A stretch of 34,941 nt of DNA from Octopus bimaculoides (GCF_001194135.2 NC_068982.1:160190092-160225032), one strand, 5' to 3'; shown: positions 1 to 13,019, counted from the stretch's first letter. Notes: generated from the sequence alone by a model not told the origin. A program made the numbers and translations.

Positions 1-7
1 GGTAAGA
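1..7 (+). other. Candidate 5' splice donor at the window edge
   Basis: G|GTAAGA is near-consensus. The upstream exon is not visible. Confidence 0.35.
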
Positions 8-1377
8 GTATATGCTGATATTTATTTCTACATACATGCATCTTTATTATTATATATGCGTATGTGCGATTGGGTTCACACTCACATCTACTTGAACGTG
101 TACATACGCATGTATACGGTTTTAATCGTAAGTGTTTGCGTACATATCAACATATGTATCGATATACGTGATGCTGTGTATATTTTTGTATACGCATATA
201 TGCACAATCTAAATTTTGTGCACGTTTACTATATACATATGTTCTTGCTTATTTTCTTTCCTTATAACAACTGCATTCCCCTGCCACACCATTTCCTATA
301 TTTAACGTTATTATAGATACGTTACTCTTTACCCCTCCACTCCATAGCTTTAGATACAATTTCGTTACCAGCGCATAGGTCTTTTCACGCGCAACTTAAA
401 TGCGTGTGTGTGTATATGTGTGTAAATTTGCATTTATGTATATATCTGTGCCTTGTAAATATAGGCCTATATACGTAGATTGTCTGTGCGTATGCAACTG
501 TGTATTTCGATGTATATGTTTATATATAGATATATATCTATATATGTTGTGGATAGCCTTGTATGCGTACATGCTATTGTAATTTTATTTTATTTTATTT
601 TATTTTGAATGCAGCGTATACTTTATTTTATTGATTTGATTTTAATGTGTTAATTCGAATATAATTAGTTATTTACAATATGTATTTTGAGCCCATTTTT
701 CTATTTAAGGTTTTCTTCGATATATTTTTAATAGGATGANNNNNNNNNNNNNNNNNNNNNNNNNNNNNNNNNNNNNNNNNNNNNNNNNNNNNNNNNNNNN
801 NNNNNNNNNNNNNNNNNNNNNNNNNNNNNNNNNNNNNNNNNNNNNNNNNNNNNNNNNNNNNNNNNNNNNNNNNNNNNNNNNNNNNNNNNNNNNNNNNNNN
901 NNNNNNNNNNNNNNNNNNNNNNNNNNNNNNNNNNNNNNNNNNNNNNNNNNNNNNNNNNNNNNNNNNNNNNNNNNNNNNNNNNNNNNNNNNNNNNNNNNNN
1001 NNNNNNNNNNNNNNNNNNNNNNNNNNNNNNNNNNNNNNNNNNNNNNNNNNNNNNNNNNNNNNNNNNNNNNNNNNNNNNNNNNNNNNNNNNNNNNNNNNNN
1101 NNNNNNNNNNNNNNNNNNNNNNNNNNNNNNNNNNNNNNNNNNNNNNNNNNNNNNNNNNNNNNNNNNNNNNNNNNNNNNNNNNNNNNNNNNNNNNNNNNNN
1201 NNNNNNNNNNNNNNNNNNNNNNNNNNNNNNNNNNNNNNNNNNNNNNNNNNNNNNNNNNNNNNNNNNNNNNNNNNNNNNNNNNNNNNNNNNNNNNNNNNNN
1301 NNNNNNNNNNNNNNNNNNNNNNNNNNNNNNNNNNNNNNNNNNNNNNNNNNNNNNNNNNNNNNNNNNNNNNNNNNNNN

Positions 1378-1408
<31 letters not shown>

Positions 1409-4400
1409 AACATATCCTTTTATGTCACTTGAAAAATTACATTTCTCTTCATTTTTGCACTTTTGTGTGCCGTTGATTTCCATCTCTCTCAGTTGGAAAT
1501 TGTATTCAGAGTGGTATTACCAGAAAATGCCAACACGTTCGCAACTTACCATATTTTCGATAGCTCCCTAGTTGATATGTAATTTTGAATACCTACTATT
1601 TATGTGTTTTTCATAATTATTTGTATGTCATTGTTTTTTTTATGACATTATTAAAAGTCATTCATGATACTGGTGGATTGATTAAAATTTTAATGAATTT
1701 TAAAGAAACAGAGACTAATAAAATCAAGCCTCTATAGGATCAAATTATCTGAATTCGTTATTATTCTGAAAAATGTCATTTAACTCGATTTATAATACTT
1801 TGTGTTTGTAACAATATGTAACAATACGTAATGTATTTCATTACAATCAAGATTATTTTAACAATAATAAGTTTGCTAATAATTCTCTAACGCCAATTTT
1901 GTGAAAGTGAATGATGCAACGGTTGGCTATTGCTTTATGGCCATTTTGAGAAAATATTAGTGTCTTTTAGATATCACTGACTCGTTTCTCTCAGGTGTGA
2001 AACGATTTCAATGTTAAACAGTATATGGCAACTAATATCTTCTACTTTCATGTAGTTGTCTCATAATAATCAGTAGTATATTAGTAATGGGTAGAAAACT
2101 GATTCCTTTTTATTTTAAATTTTGAAGTTATAGCTGTATAAAAATTTGGTTAAAGTTTTTCATGTTACTTAATTTCCAGTTTTAATTATAACCGAAACCA
2201 ATAATCAATATTACAAGCAGCATGTTTCTTTAAGTAACAAATAATTCATCTTCAACTTGTTTGCGTTTTCTGTTAGGAGGAGGGAAATGTTTTTTAAGTT
2301 CTAAATGCAGGTGCGTATATTACAATTAGTTTCTTTATGTTTATCATAAAATTGTGTCCTTTGTTACAGACTCTAAATATCACATCTCGTTCTTTTTGTC
2401 GATCCTATCCTTCGAAATTGTTGTGTAGTTACTTCATTGGTTTACTGAATCCAGAAATTTTCTCCAGAAGAAGCAGAGAATGGTATATTCAAATCTCTAG
2501 TAGATAAGTAGATCACATTTATCAAATAACAAAAAAAAATTTTTTAAATCATGATACAAAAATCTTGACAATAAGTATATATTAATATTAATTATTTGTA
2601 ACCATTTTGTAGTAATTTTAAGTATTAATATTTTTAGTAAATTCGAAACACAATATATTTTCCATGTATGATTTAATTAAAAAGTTTACTTTTTTAGTTT
2701 TAATCCTTATCCGTATGCCTGAATTAATTGAAAATTTTCTGAGTTACTTAACCTTCTTATGATGAAGTTTATCTTTAAATTAATTTGATCTAGTTAATTA
2801 AATCGAATGTTTAAATTCACTCGCATTTTCACCTAATTGTATTTTATTGTTTAATTGTGTTTAATTCATCTTATATATCTTTTCTTTCATCTCCCATTGC
2901 ATATTGTATTAATATTCTAATTTTTATGAGAATAACGAATTTTTATCCGACGTAATCTTTTATCAAACTGAGGATTATAATTTAGCACTGTTTTATTTAA
3001 TCACTTAACACTCACACTCAATTTTAACTGCAGTAACTGTGATCTCTCTTATTTCCACCTGTTTATACGACTTTAGTATAATCATAAATACTGCTTTTAA
3101 ATAACGCTGCTCGTTTATTATTAAAAATAAAAATTTTATTCCTCTTAATTATTTTGTTCGCATGGCATATATGAGTTGCTGGTTACGTGCAGACAACTTT
3201 TGTTTCATCTTTATAATATACCCACCTAATTTATCTTTACATGTTTTACCCTCCTATGCTAATATATTTTTAGTTTTTAATTTGCGCTATGTCTTGTCTT
3301 TCTTTCAGTTACCGAGTTGGAATTAGCGTTTCTACCTAAGGATTCTGTAAAGAAACAAAAACGAGATTATGTATTTATAATCTTTCGATATTAAATATAT
3401 GTTTGTTACTTCATTTTGTAATTTCTGAAGTTACTTTATCACTAGATTCTCTTTTTTCTTAACTGCTTAATTCTGAACAACAACATTATTTTAAGGAATC
3501 TATTAAAATGCATCGTTTAAATATACAAACAAGGAGGCAACTTTTGATGTTTTTCCCCGCGGCAAATATTGCAAATAGCCGCGCTCTTCATTACTGTATA
3601 ACTGATAACCCTTATAAACAGGAATTCTTTGAACTAAATCTTCTTTGAAATATAATGATGTCAACAAAACTGTTGACTCACAAAATTTTGTATTGCTGCA
3701 TTAATACTAATTTAAATTGTTACACGCAACTCGCTTAATTCTTTTTTCTAAAGCTCATCCGTCGCTCAATAATCACCAAGCTTCTCACTGTTACATCTGT
3801 TTCTCTCTCTCTAGCCTCTCTATCCATTTCTAACTCTTTCCAAACCTTTTACTTTCAGCTTCTCTACTTTTAAAAGTGATCTATTCTTCATTACAAAATG
3901 GGACACACACCATACCACTCATACACGGACGCTACGTACAAGACCCACGCTCACGTATGCATTACGTAAAAACGTTTACGTTTAAAATACATATTCTATG
4001 GCCCCTGATAATGAAATAAGTTACCTCGAATCCACTTCCACCTATCCACATATCCCGAAAGAGTTTCATGCTTGTTTCCCATAGTCATAGATAATATTAC
4101 TTCGCCATTCTTCGTATCCGTCCAGTTAGATCAAGAAGCTCGAATATGTTGCATGTTACATCTCGTCACGAGGCATTGAAATTTATATGTATGTGTATAT
4201 ATATAAATNNNNNNNNNNNNNNNNNNNNNNNNNNNNNNNNNNNNNNNNNNNNNNNNNNNNNNNNNNNNNNNNNNNNNNNNNNNNNNNNNNNNNNNNNNNN
4301 NNNNNNNNNNNNNNNNNNNNNNNNNNNNNNNNNNNNNNNNNNNNNNNNNNNNNNNNNNNNNNNNNNNNNNNNNNNNNNNNNNNNNNNNNNNNNNNNNNNN

Positions 4401-4829
4401 NNNNNNNNNNNNNNNNNNNNNNNNNNNNNNNNNNNNNNNNNNNNNNNNNNNNNNNNNNNNNNNNNNNNNNNNNNNNNNNNNNNNNNNNNNNNNNNNNNNN
4501 NNNNNNNNNNNNNNNNNNNNNNNNNNNNNNNNNNNNNNNNNNTATATATATATATATGCACACAAACTTTCTCTCTCTCAGTTGTACCTATATTGTATAT
4601 AATTATTCATTTCATGCCAAGACTTCATTAACCGTTACTAGAGAAATATTTCGTTTCTCCTAGTCACACAGCCATAGCAAGATCTGAATCACAGACCTCA
4701 ATATATCCCTTTTTAATGCTTTCAGCTTTCACTAAATAGAAAGACATTCTATTTAGGCAGTTCTTTTTATATAATATACCCAAACACGCATAATCATCAG
4801 TCAATATATGCCCTCAAAAACATACATAC

Positions 4830-4830
4830 A

Positions 4831-4869
<39 letters not shown>

Positions 4870-4925
4870 AAATATATTTATATACTCATAGTACCTGTAA
4901 CCTCCGCCAGTTTATTCTGATATTG

Positions 4926-4980
<55 letters not shown>
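4830..4980. repeat. (TATC)n and compound (TA)n(TG)n microsatellites
   Basis: Directly visible. Confidence 0.95.
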
Positions 4981-6543
4981 TCACTCAAAACGCAGACTCA
5001 AAGAAAGGATGGAAGAATAATTCTGCACTTCATTTCTAAATTTCTAAAAGTGTGTCTCTTATATAATACAAGAGTCAAATAAAAAATATGACAACCTAAA
5101 TATTAAAGAAATTAAAATAGTATATATATATATTTATTTGAAATATTGCATAATTAATAATATAAATACCATTAGAATTACTTGGCTCTCTAGAAATCAA
5201 AAGTAACATACTTTCTTGTTATGTGTTAGTAACACTAATTGTTTTCACCTGTATTTTCTTCTTTAATTAGAATTTTTTAAAAATTAATTTCCCTAACATA
5301 TGTGTAAAAACATTTTATTTTTATTTTTTAAATGCCTCTTCACTTCTGAAAACCAATTTTTGTCTTATTTTTCTTCTAGCGAAATTTAATTTTATTAATA
5401 TCACCATAATTTCTTGTACTGATTTAGTTGAAAATGTATGATTTTGAAATGTTTATAATATTGATTTGGTTCCTAATATAGACAGCTTTTGGAGCGATGC
5501 ACTGCGTGGTATGATATCTCTTTACACTATAATTTGTTATAAATATTTACAGTAGAACTGTTTTCATTGTTCATCCGTGCTTTTAAATTGAACAAACACG
5601 CATATATGCTAAAGTTTCTGGAGGCAAAAATGCTGATTTTGTTTCTTAATGCGAGACTTCTTACTGTTAATGTTACATGTCAAATTATATGAACAACTTA
5701 TAATCGGCACCATTGTATTTTTAATGGCGACTGTTACATGTAACAGTCTTTGAAGACAAAGAGGCTGTTCAAGTCACATTTAATTATTTCTTGGAGGCCG
5801 AAATATTTCCTCGTGGAACTATCACTTATAAGCCTCGAGCTTTACTTTCCCTGTTGTTGAACTTAGAGATACATACACAAGCCCTTTAGATATCTATAGA
5901 TCTGATTTAATCAATTAAACTGTTAGAACAAACTTAATTTCAAAGCTTTCTATGGTCACAGATTGTTTTAAGGCAAAAAAAAAGTAATTAAAATGGGTTT
6001 GATTTATTATATCAATTGCAATATTTTATTCGTAATCTTTTATAAACATCCAGTGGACCACATGTAGCTCAACATGGAGGAGCTCGAATGTGTGTCAAAC
6101 TTCAGTGGCAAGATTATGAAACAAAAGTTTTATAAAAATTGCATCAGTATATTGTATTCGTAAAGATCGTGTTATATTATGCTCTAGAGTTAATATTTAA
6201 TGATGTTGTCTGGTGTCTGCTTATAGACTTTTTGAAATACTGTTTTGAGTTTAATTTTTGTGTGGAATACAATCTTATTTGGTGAAGCAATTACTAAATC
6301 AAATTCTCGAAACAATTTTTTTTCTGGAGACGATCTCTTTTTGGTTACGATGTAAATACCAAATCACATCATAATTAAGAACGCATTGCTGAAACACGTC
6401 TAGAAGAAATAAACAGTGGTATGTATAGCGATGTCGGACCCATGATAATATATGTAAAAATAACACACTTACTTGAAGTGTCACGAATATCCTAGAAAAG
6501 GGAATGCTTTGTTGATTGGAATGTGTATTAGATAATTCAATGT

Positions 6544-6659
6544 TATATGAGAAATCTTACTTAGAAGCAGTACATATATATAAGAAATCTTACTTAGAAA
6601 CACATCTATGCGAAATTTTACTTAGAAACTCGTATATGAGAAATCTTACTTAGAAGCAC
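6544..6659. repeat. Minisatellite: 4 copies of core GAAATCTTACTTAGAA, periods 33/28/28
   Basis: Cores start at 6551, 6584, 6612 (one C>T change) and 6640. The linkers are related to each other (TATATGA-like). Confidence 0.9.
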
Positions 6660-7261
6660 TACACCTACCGTTTATATTGTAAATGCCTTTTCATAAAATT
6701 GATATATGTTTTGTTAAGAATGAACACTCAGCCTAATAAAGACCATGGCTTACACATTCTCTAATCGTTGCTGCAAATAAATGATATGCTAAAAACTACA
6801 CTATTGGAAATCGCTTGATATAAATTATGTGATAAATGTGAAAGAAACGTCAAAGACTGTCGTGATAAATGCTTTGCCATAATTTTATTCTTTAATATAC
6901 TGAATTCAAATTTAGCCGTTGTTTCGTTTGTCTTCATTTAATTTGATCGAGAAATATCCGCTCTGTTGCACATTTGTCTTAGGACTGAGAAGCAGACAAT
7001 ATTGCAACTACTGCTACGTCTTCAAAAAATAAAAAGAACGCTCACATTTCAAAATGTCACTATCTTTGCAGTACAGAAGATTAATTCATTCAGAATTTAA
7101 TAACTCGGAAAAATCTCACTCTTTAGTACGTTAGACTAATACTGAATGTTAAGTCTACATGTTGCATAACAAATACATTTTTCTTTATAAATTATTCTCA
7201 CACATTAATGGCGTATATGACAGAAGTGAAATCTATACATTAGAAGCAGAAGTGGTATTTT

Positions 7262-7282
7262 AATATATATACATACACACAC

Positions 7283-7332
<50 letters not shown>

Positions 7333-7400
7333 TTGTACATGTGTGTGTGTGCTTGTGCATGTGTGTGTGTGTGTGTGTGTGTTGGTATGTGTGTGTGTAT
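7262..7400. repeat. Compound (TA)n/(TG)n microsatellite
   Basis: Directly visible. Confidence 0.95.
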
Positions 7401-7452
7401 GTAAATGGCATTCTTGCTAAATTTGACAATTTTTAATGTCTCCTTTTCTCAG

Positions 7453-7470
7453 GAACCGCTTGATGTATTG
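7453..7470 (+). CDS. Candidate 18-nt microexon (EPLDVL in phase 0)
   Basis: Strong acceptor TTTTAATGTCTCCTTTTCTCAG| and donor TTG|GTGAGC. The length preserves frame. Confidence 0.27.
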
Positions 7471-7818
7471 GTGAGCAGTTATTGTCGTTGGAGCGCATAA
7501 AGATTAAAGTTGAAACTGAAAGTTAGCTAGCTGACATAGAGGACTGGACGCCATCTGAATATTGGAAAACATTTACTTGCAGTATGATGATACGCACGAT
7601 GTATGAAAATACCGGCATCATATCTGTTGCTCAATGCTGTGTGAATACTGTAACGGCTATAAGACGTCATATGAATACCTGCAACAGAGATTACGATGCC
7701 AGGAAAGAATGCAAAAGGCGATTAGACTGCGTCCTCATGCCGGTATTCATCACCAAATCTTTGAGAAGGCCCTGGAGAACGCATGCTCCAAGTTCCAGAG
7801 CCATCATGAGGTCGTGGT

Positions 7819-7860
7819 GGCTATTACGGGTAAACTGAAGGCGGCTATTACGAGTAAACT
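7819..7860. repeat. Local 24-bp-period duplication (GGCTATTACG[G/A]GTAAACT x2)
   Basis: Two 18-nt copies, 17/18 identical, at 7819 and 7843. Confidence 0.8.
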
Positions 7861-9939
7861 CTTATTTCCCAGGCAGAATCTAGCTATACTAGATTATGGC
7901 ATAAGATATGTTTTTCTCGTTATCAATGGCACCTCAAACTTTTCATCTATGACCTCTCATATGACTGTACAGTTCTGTTGCGGGTCTGCAAAGTTTGAAG
8001 CATAGATGACAGACAAAAGTTGTAACTTTTACTGGATTGATCAGATCACTTTGAGAGATATGATCTCTGTGAACCGCCAGACGTCCCTTGAGACGTGAAA
8101 TCAACTAGCAAGCCCTTTCAGTAACTTAACACGCCGAACCACACAGTCGAAGACGAAGGAGATTGCATACAGTTGATCTTTCGTGGGACTTCATATGGTT
8201 GACACACCTAGCTTTAGAAAGGAGTAGACAGCCACAACTTTTACACTTCCACTATTTCATGCTCTCAGCATGGTTCTGATGAGAGTCAATCACGGAAGCC
8301 AGTGCCTTAGGTATTCGTGATCAATGCGACTCTTTTCAGAAAGTTTACAACCTTCCCTTCTACGTTTCATTCACTCAGCTTTTTCTAGGATTTTACATTA
8401 ATTTAGTTCCTTTAGAAATCCTTTTAGGCAGTCTTTGTAATTTTTTCTGGTTTGTGCTGAAGACGCATTCCAGTATGTAACTCACCGTAGAAGAGTAGCT
8501 TGGGAATCCTGTTATCTTATATACGCTTAACATAGCCTGCCCATTATCTCTTGATGTTGAGTACATTTCTCTAAAAAATTCTTTTATATAAGCGCTCAAG
8601 CAGATTGTGATGCCTTCAGTTTAATGTCTATGCTTCAGGATAGTACAATAGAGCTGTTAGTACGAACACTATATAAAAGCTCAGCTCGGTCTAGATAGAG
8701 ATGCTGCGATTTTCCCAGCCTCATTTCTCAGACTTGCCAAATGTTACAGATATGTGTCTGCGTGTAAGAAGNNNNNNNNNNTAAGAATGTAATCTTCTCT
8801 TCAGGGAAATGCATGGGAATCATATATACAGACATATATACATATATACACACACACAAACACACACACACGCTTACACACCTGAGTGCGCGCGCACACA
8901 TACACATATCCGAGTCTGTATAATTGTGTATAGAAGAATATATTAATCAATGAAATTCCAAGTTAGTCTCATTTTCGCGTTATGTTATTTGCAATTTTTA
9001 TAATTTTACAACTAGTACTTCACGCGTTACGCAATCACCGGATTTATGTAATGACAGTCGTGTTTCAGAGTTGACAACTGTCGGTTGACAGTTCGGACTG
9101 CTATGTATTGATGTTAATCTTGGCTTTATATAGACCCCGTCGACTTAAAATCGTCCATGAGTACCTGGGTTTGAGCGGGGTGGTAATTAGGTTTTAGAGC
9201 AGTTTGCTATGAGGAGAAATTTTAATTGATTAGACTTAGGCTTATATTATTGCTTCAAGTGTGTCCCATTTCTTCGGTAGGTGCAGGATGTGTAACTACT
9301 TTTAGCTAATTTTCGTATTGTTTGATTTAATCCTTTGCTTTGAAAATGTAAAGGTGAAAGGTACAAAGTCAAGCTTTTAAAACCTTAGTAACTGGGTGTT
9401 TCAACTCGTTTGTGATGGAATTTATTAGTGGTTCAAAAATCAAGTATGTAGTATGTTTTAGCCGGTTATTTTTATTAGCCATGCATGTCATTCTGTTGCT
9501 AGTATATAAAATTTGTTCTCTTGTGCTTTGATACTCACAAAAGGATTTGGGCGGATGTGAATATTGTTGGTCTCTATGGTTCTCTGTAGGTGATCGTTGT
9601 TCTATAGGCAATTTGATTAGTTAAAAATATCTTAAGAAAATATATATTTGTATGCGTGGAAGTTGGAAGACCGTTTCCACTTTTAATTCTTTTTCTTTTT
9701 TCTTGTTTTTTTTTTAAATTTCAAATCATTAAATTTTTAATTTTTAAATAATTTTTTAAAAAATTATTCCCAATTTTATAATTCCCCACTTGTATATCCA
9801 GAGGTCAAAAATGATATATTGTAAAATACACGATTTCGAAACAGAATTGAAGAAATATTTATCAACATACAACCCTCAAACTCTGCCTCCATAAAACTCA
9901 AGGGTTAAAATTTCTGTATACTTCTTGATTAATCAACAG

Positions 9940-9992
9940 GTTACCAACAAGTGACATTTCAAATCAGAATATCAGCATTTACGAAATTTAAG
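9940..9992 (+). CDS. Candidate internal coding exon (phase 1 to 0), peptide xYQQVTFQIRISAFTKFK, product unknown
   Basis: Acceptor TACTTCTTGATTAATCAACAG|, strong donor AAG|GTATGT, and only one open frame. Confidence 0.3.
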
Positions 9993-10704
9993 GTATGTTC
10001 AAAGGCTGTCAATCAAGAGGATTAGATAATAGAATATGGTCGTAAATATAAAGACAGTTGGAGGTATTAGGATTTATTATAAGGCATAAAATTTAGCAGC
10101 CTCACCCACTAATGCGAAAAGAAGCGGAGCATATCTAAATATAGTAGATAGTAGCGCGCGAAGCAAACATTTAACCCTATCAAGACAAGTTCAAAGGCAG
10201 TCACTGGCAAATCCCTAAAATAAAAATTGTGTAGTATATTATTTTACAGTCAGCATTAGATTTTCACTCAGTCATGGAGATGGAACAAAATGGAATAGGG
10301 AATCAAATCCTACGTGAGGTCTACTTACTTTTCTTTGGCTTTATGTTTCCTTCTAAATATGTGAAGGATTTTCAAATCTTCACCACAAGAAGGGGAGATA
10401 AGGCCACATTTAAAAGACTAGTTGCAAAAGCGTTTGATAGTGTTATGAGTAGAAAGAATGCCACACGTACATAGATGCGTGTGTATGTGCGTGTGTATAA
10501 TTGCACATCAACATGCGTATGAGGCTAAATGGAATGTATAAGGTTGGCCCACGCAGGCATCGGTGGTTAGGTACCCTATCCTTGCTTATGGAGCAGCCAG
10601 TGTTGAGGCGCCACCGATGTTAAAGCTCAGTCAGTGTTGAGGCACAGTCAAACCTAAGGTTGTACATTTGGGTTATCGGCGGCCAGTGGCCCCACCTTCA
10701 GCAG

Positions 10705-11330
10705 GAGGACTACCTCTTATAGAAGCAATATGATACTTCGTGTTCCTTGTTGATAAATACTTCACGTTGGTGGAGTATATATGCAGTTGTTTGTTTTACA
10801 GAGGCAGGGCTGTGAGTAACGGGTGAGTAAACTTGAGTCCTGTCGACGAAGGTTCATTCATGCTGGGTAGTCTTGAGGTCTTCATGCAAAGCGAGAAGAA
10901 GAGGTCGTATTCTTACTATACTGCATCTAAGGGAATGCATATTCTGTATGTGTAGCTTCCCTTGTAGTCATTGGCCATCCTTTCCGTGTAGCATTTTGTG
11001 ATACCCTTGCATGATGTAAGGCAGGCTCTGTAGATCACAGACTTTGTGAGGAATGATTTTCCTGCAGGGCAGCTGGTTGGGTTATAAAAGATTACACGTT
11101 AGGATAGGGCGTTGTGATGGTGCATGTTTGCGTCTGTTGTAGCGTCCAATATTAGAAGCAATGTTGTCTAAGCAGATGTGTCTCATTTTTACCTCATGTG
11201 GATGGAAAGCTTAAATTATAGCACATGTATTCCCTGGGAAAATGCTTCTTTAAGCATTCTTGGGGTATACTTAGCTTTAGATGATGAACGTGTCTTATTC
11301 ACACTGTGATTTTCATTTTATTGTTTCAGT
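10705..11330 (-). mobile_element. Penelope-like retroelement remnant: region upstream of and including the GIY-YIG endonuclease, decayed
   Basis: Manual minus-strand translation gives, in order: KKHFPRE (~11250-11230), DNIASNIGRYNRR, SCPAGKSFLTKSVIYRACLTSCKGITKCYTERMANDYKGSY (~11075-10955), VYSPVTHS and a terminal CFYKR*. These match the PLE pattern KHFP...NxxSIIxxHN...CPLxGKCLTxxVxYxA...YxGxTxNxFKxRY...YxP...CxH in the expected order, with frameshifts. Confidence 0.75.
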
Positions 11331-11514
11331 AATACATTACTAGTAAAAGCTTATAGGCTAATGAGACGCATTTTGTATATCGTTTCATGAAAATTTGTAT
11401 TTTATACTCCTCAGTACTGCACCTTCTAAGCATTAGATTTATACAGCACACCTCGTGAGCAATATATGCGTTCTCGGAGAGTACTGTCTCAAGTTTTTGT
11501 TGCATTCAGCGTAT

Positions 11515-11590
11515 ATATATATACATTATTATTTGTGTGTGTGTGTGTCTGTGTGTGTCTGTGTGTGTGTCTGTGTGTGTTTGTGTGTGA

Positions 11591-11647
<57 letters not shown>

Positions 11648-11731
11648 AACTGAAGTGAAGCTATAACGATCAATTATTTTGTTAAGACATTAAACGCTGT
11701 GAATCAAGCACATGAAAGAATNNNNNNNNNN

Positions 11732-11788
<57 letters not shown>
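11515..11788. repeat. (TG)n tract, 10-N gap, then (AC)n tract
   Basis: (TG)n at ~11533-11645 and (AC)n at 11732-11788. Confidence 0.95.
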
Positions 11789-11792
<4 letters not shown>

Positions 11793-12825
11793 TTGTCTCT
11801 TAAACCACGGCGCTGCATACCGTATTACAATACAATATCTAAACCAGCAAGAATGTTACGTATTATAGGAAACGACTTTTGCAAAGCACATTACATTTGT
11901 TTTATATTTATTGCAAGATAACACAATTGCACCCTCGTTCACTTTCTCAATATAAAACGTGTTACATTTGGAACTGAAACTCGGTCTGATATAGAGTAAT
12001 AGAAATTAAAGTCACTAGAGGCAGTCGGTTGGCAATATTTCAATAAACTACGATGTGTAACAACATGCAATCTTATCATAAAACAATAAGTCACTTTAAC
12101 TTATATTAATATACTGAGAACTTTTGCTAACATTGTAAATGGTGAAGTGTCATTAAGGGTTTTCTATATCACAATAGACTTTATAAGAGGAAATGGTTAT
12201 ATGTAACTGTAACTGGCAAAACTAAATTTACCTCTATTAGGATAAACAATTTTAATTTATATAATTACTATCAATTTATATTAGAATATTGAATTTACGA
12301 TTGTATAATATGATGGATATTTATATTGCTTCTGTGGAGGGAAAGTTTAATCTCCCATTACACAATTGTATTCGCTAGTTTGGCAACATTGCTACATAAT
12401 ACTTATTTAATTGTTTCCAAAGATATTATCCATGTTGCTTTAGTAATAACACTGCATTCTCGAATGTTCCTCTAATGTTTTCCTTTAGAAGTTTAAATTT
12501 AATTATATAATATATCTATAGGACGAATCTATCATCATAAATCCCAAACCATTAAGATTAGAGATCTTAACAAATGTTGCTGAGTTTCTTCGATTTTTGA
12601 TTTGTGTTTACCATTCTTCCACTTAAACATTGCTTAATGTACAAATAGAGAGATGTATCTCAGACCGTTCTGTTTATATGTTGGATCTTTTTGCCAGTTT
12701 CAACAGTGAAGTTTCAAAGGAGTGAGATTTTCAAGCGTTGGAGGTGTTTTGTTTTCCCAAGCATTTAGCCATTTCTTTGCCTCAAAAGTGATACAAACAA
12801 TAAAAAGTGTTCTTGCTGTAAGTAA

Positions 12826-12866
12826 TGAGAGGCATGATGATAATATCATTAATATCAATAGCATTA

Positions 12867-12927
<61 letters not shown>

Positions 12928-12965
12928 CATCATCATCATCGTCATCATCATCATCATTATTAGGT
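12826..12965. repeat. Compound (ATT)n(ATC)n trinucleotide microsatellite
   Basis: Directly visible. It produces the spurious poly-I, poly-L and poly-S ORFs. Confidence 0.95.
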
Positions 12966-13019
12966 AATCATAATTATAAAATGATAACAACAAAAACAAC
13001 AATAAAAATCTTTTTTACT

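Noticed and set aside
2277-2482. Two exon candidates (2277-2310, 2370-2482) separated by a 59-nt intron
   Set aside because: The only open frames are phase-incompatible: splicing gives ...KCRL* immediately. There is no recognisable homology.
6544-6659. CRISPR-like repeat/spacer appearance
   Set aside because: The repeats are only 16 bp, the spacers are 12-17 bp and related to each other, there are no cas genes, and the context is eukaryotic.
8393-8599. Minus ORF with a strong internal donor ACG|GTGAGT at 8486
   Set aside because: No recognisable protein and no supporting minus-strand exon chain.
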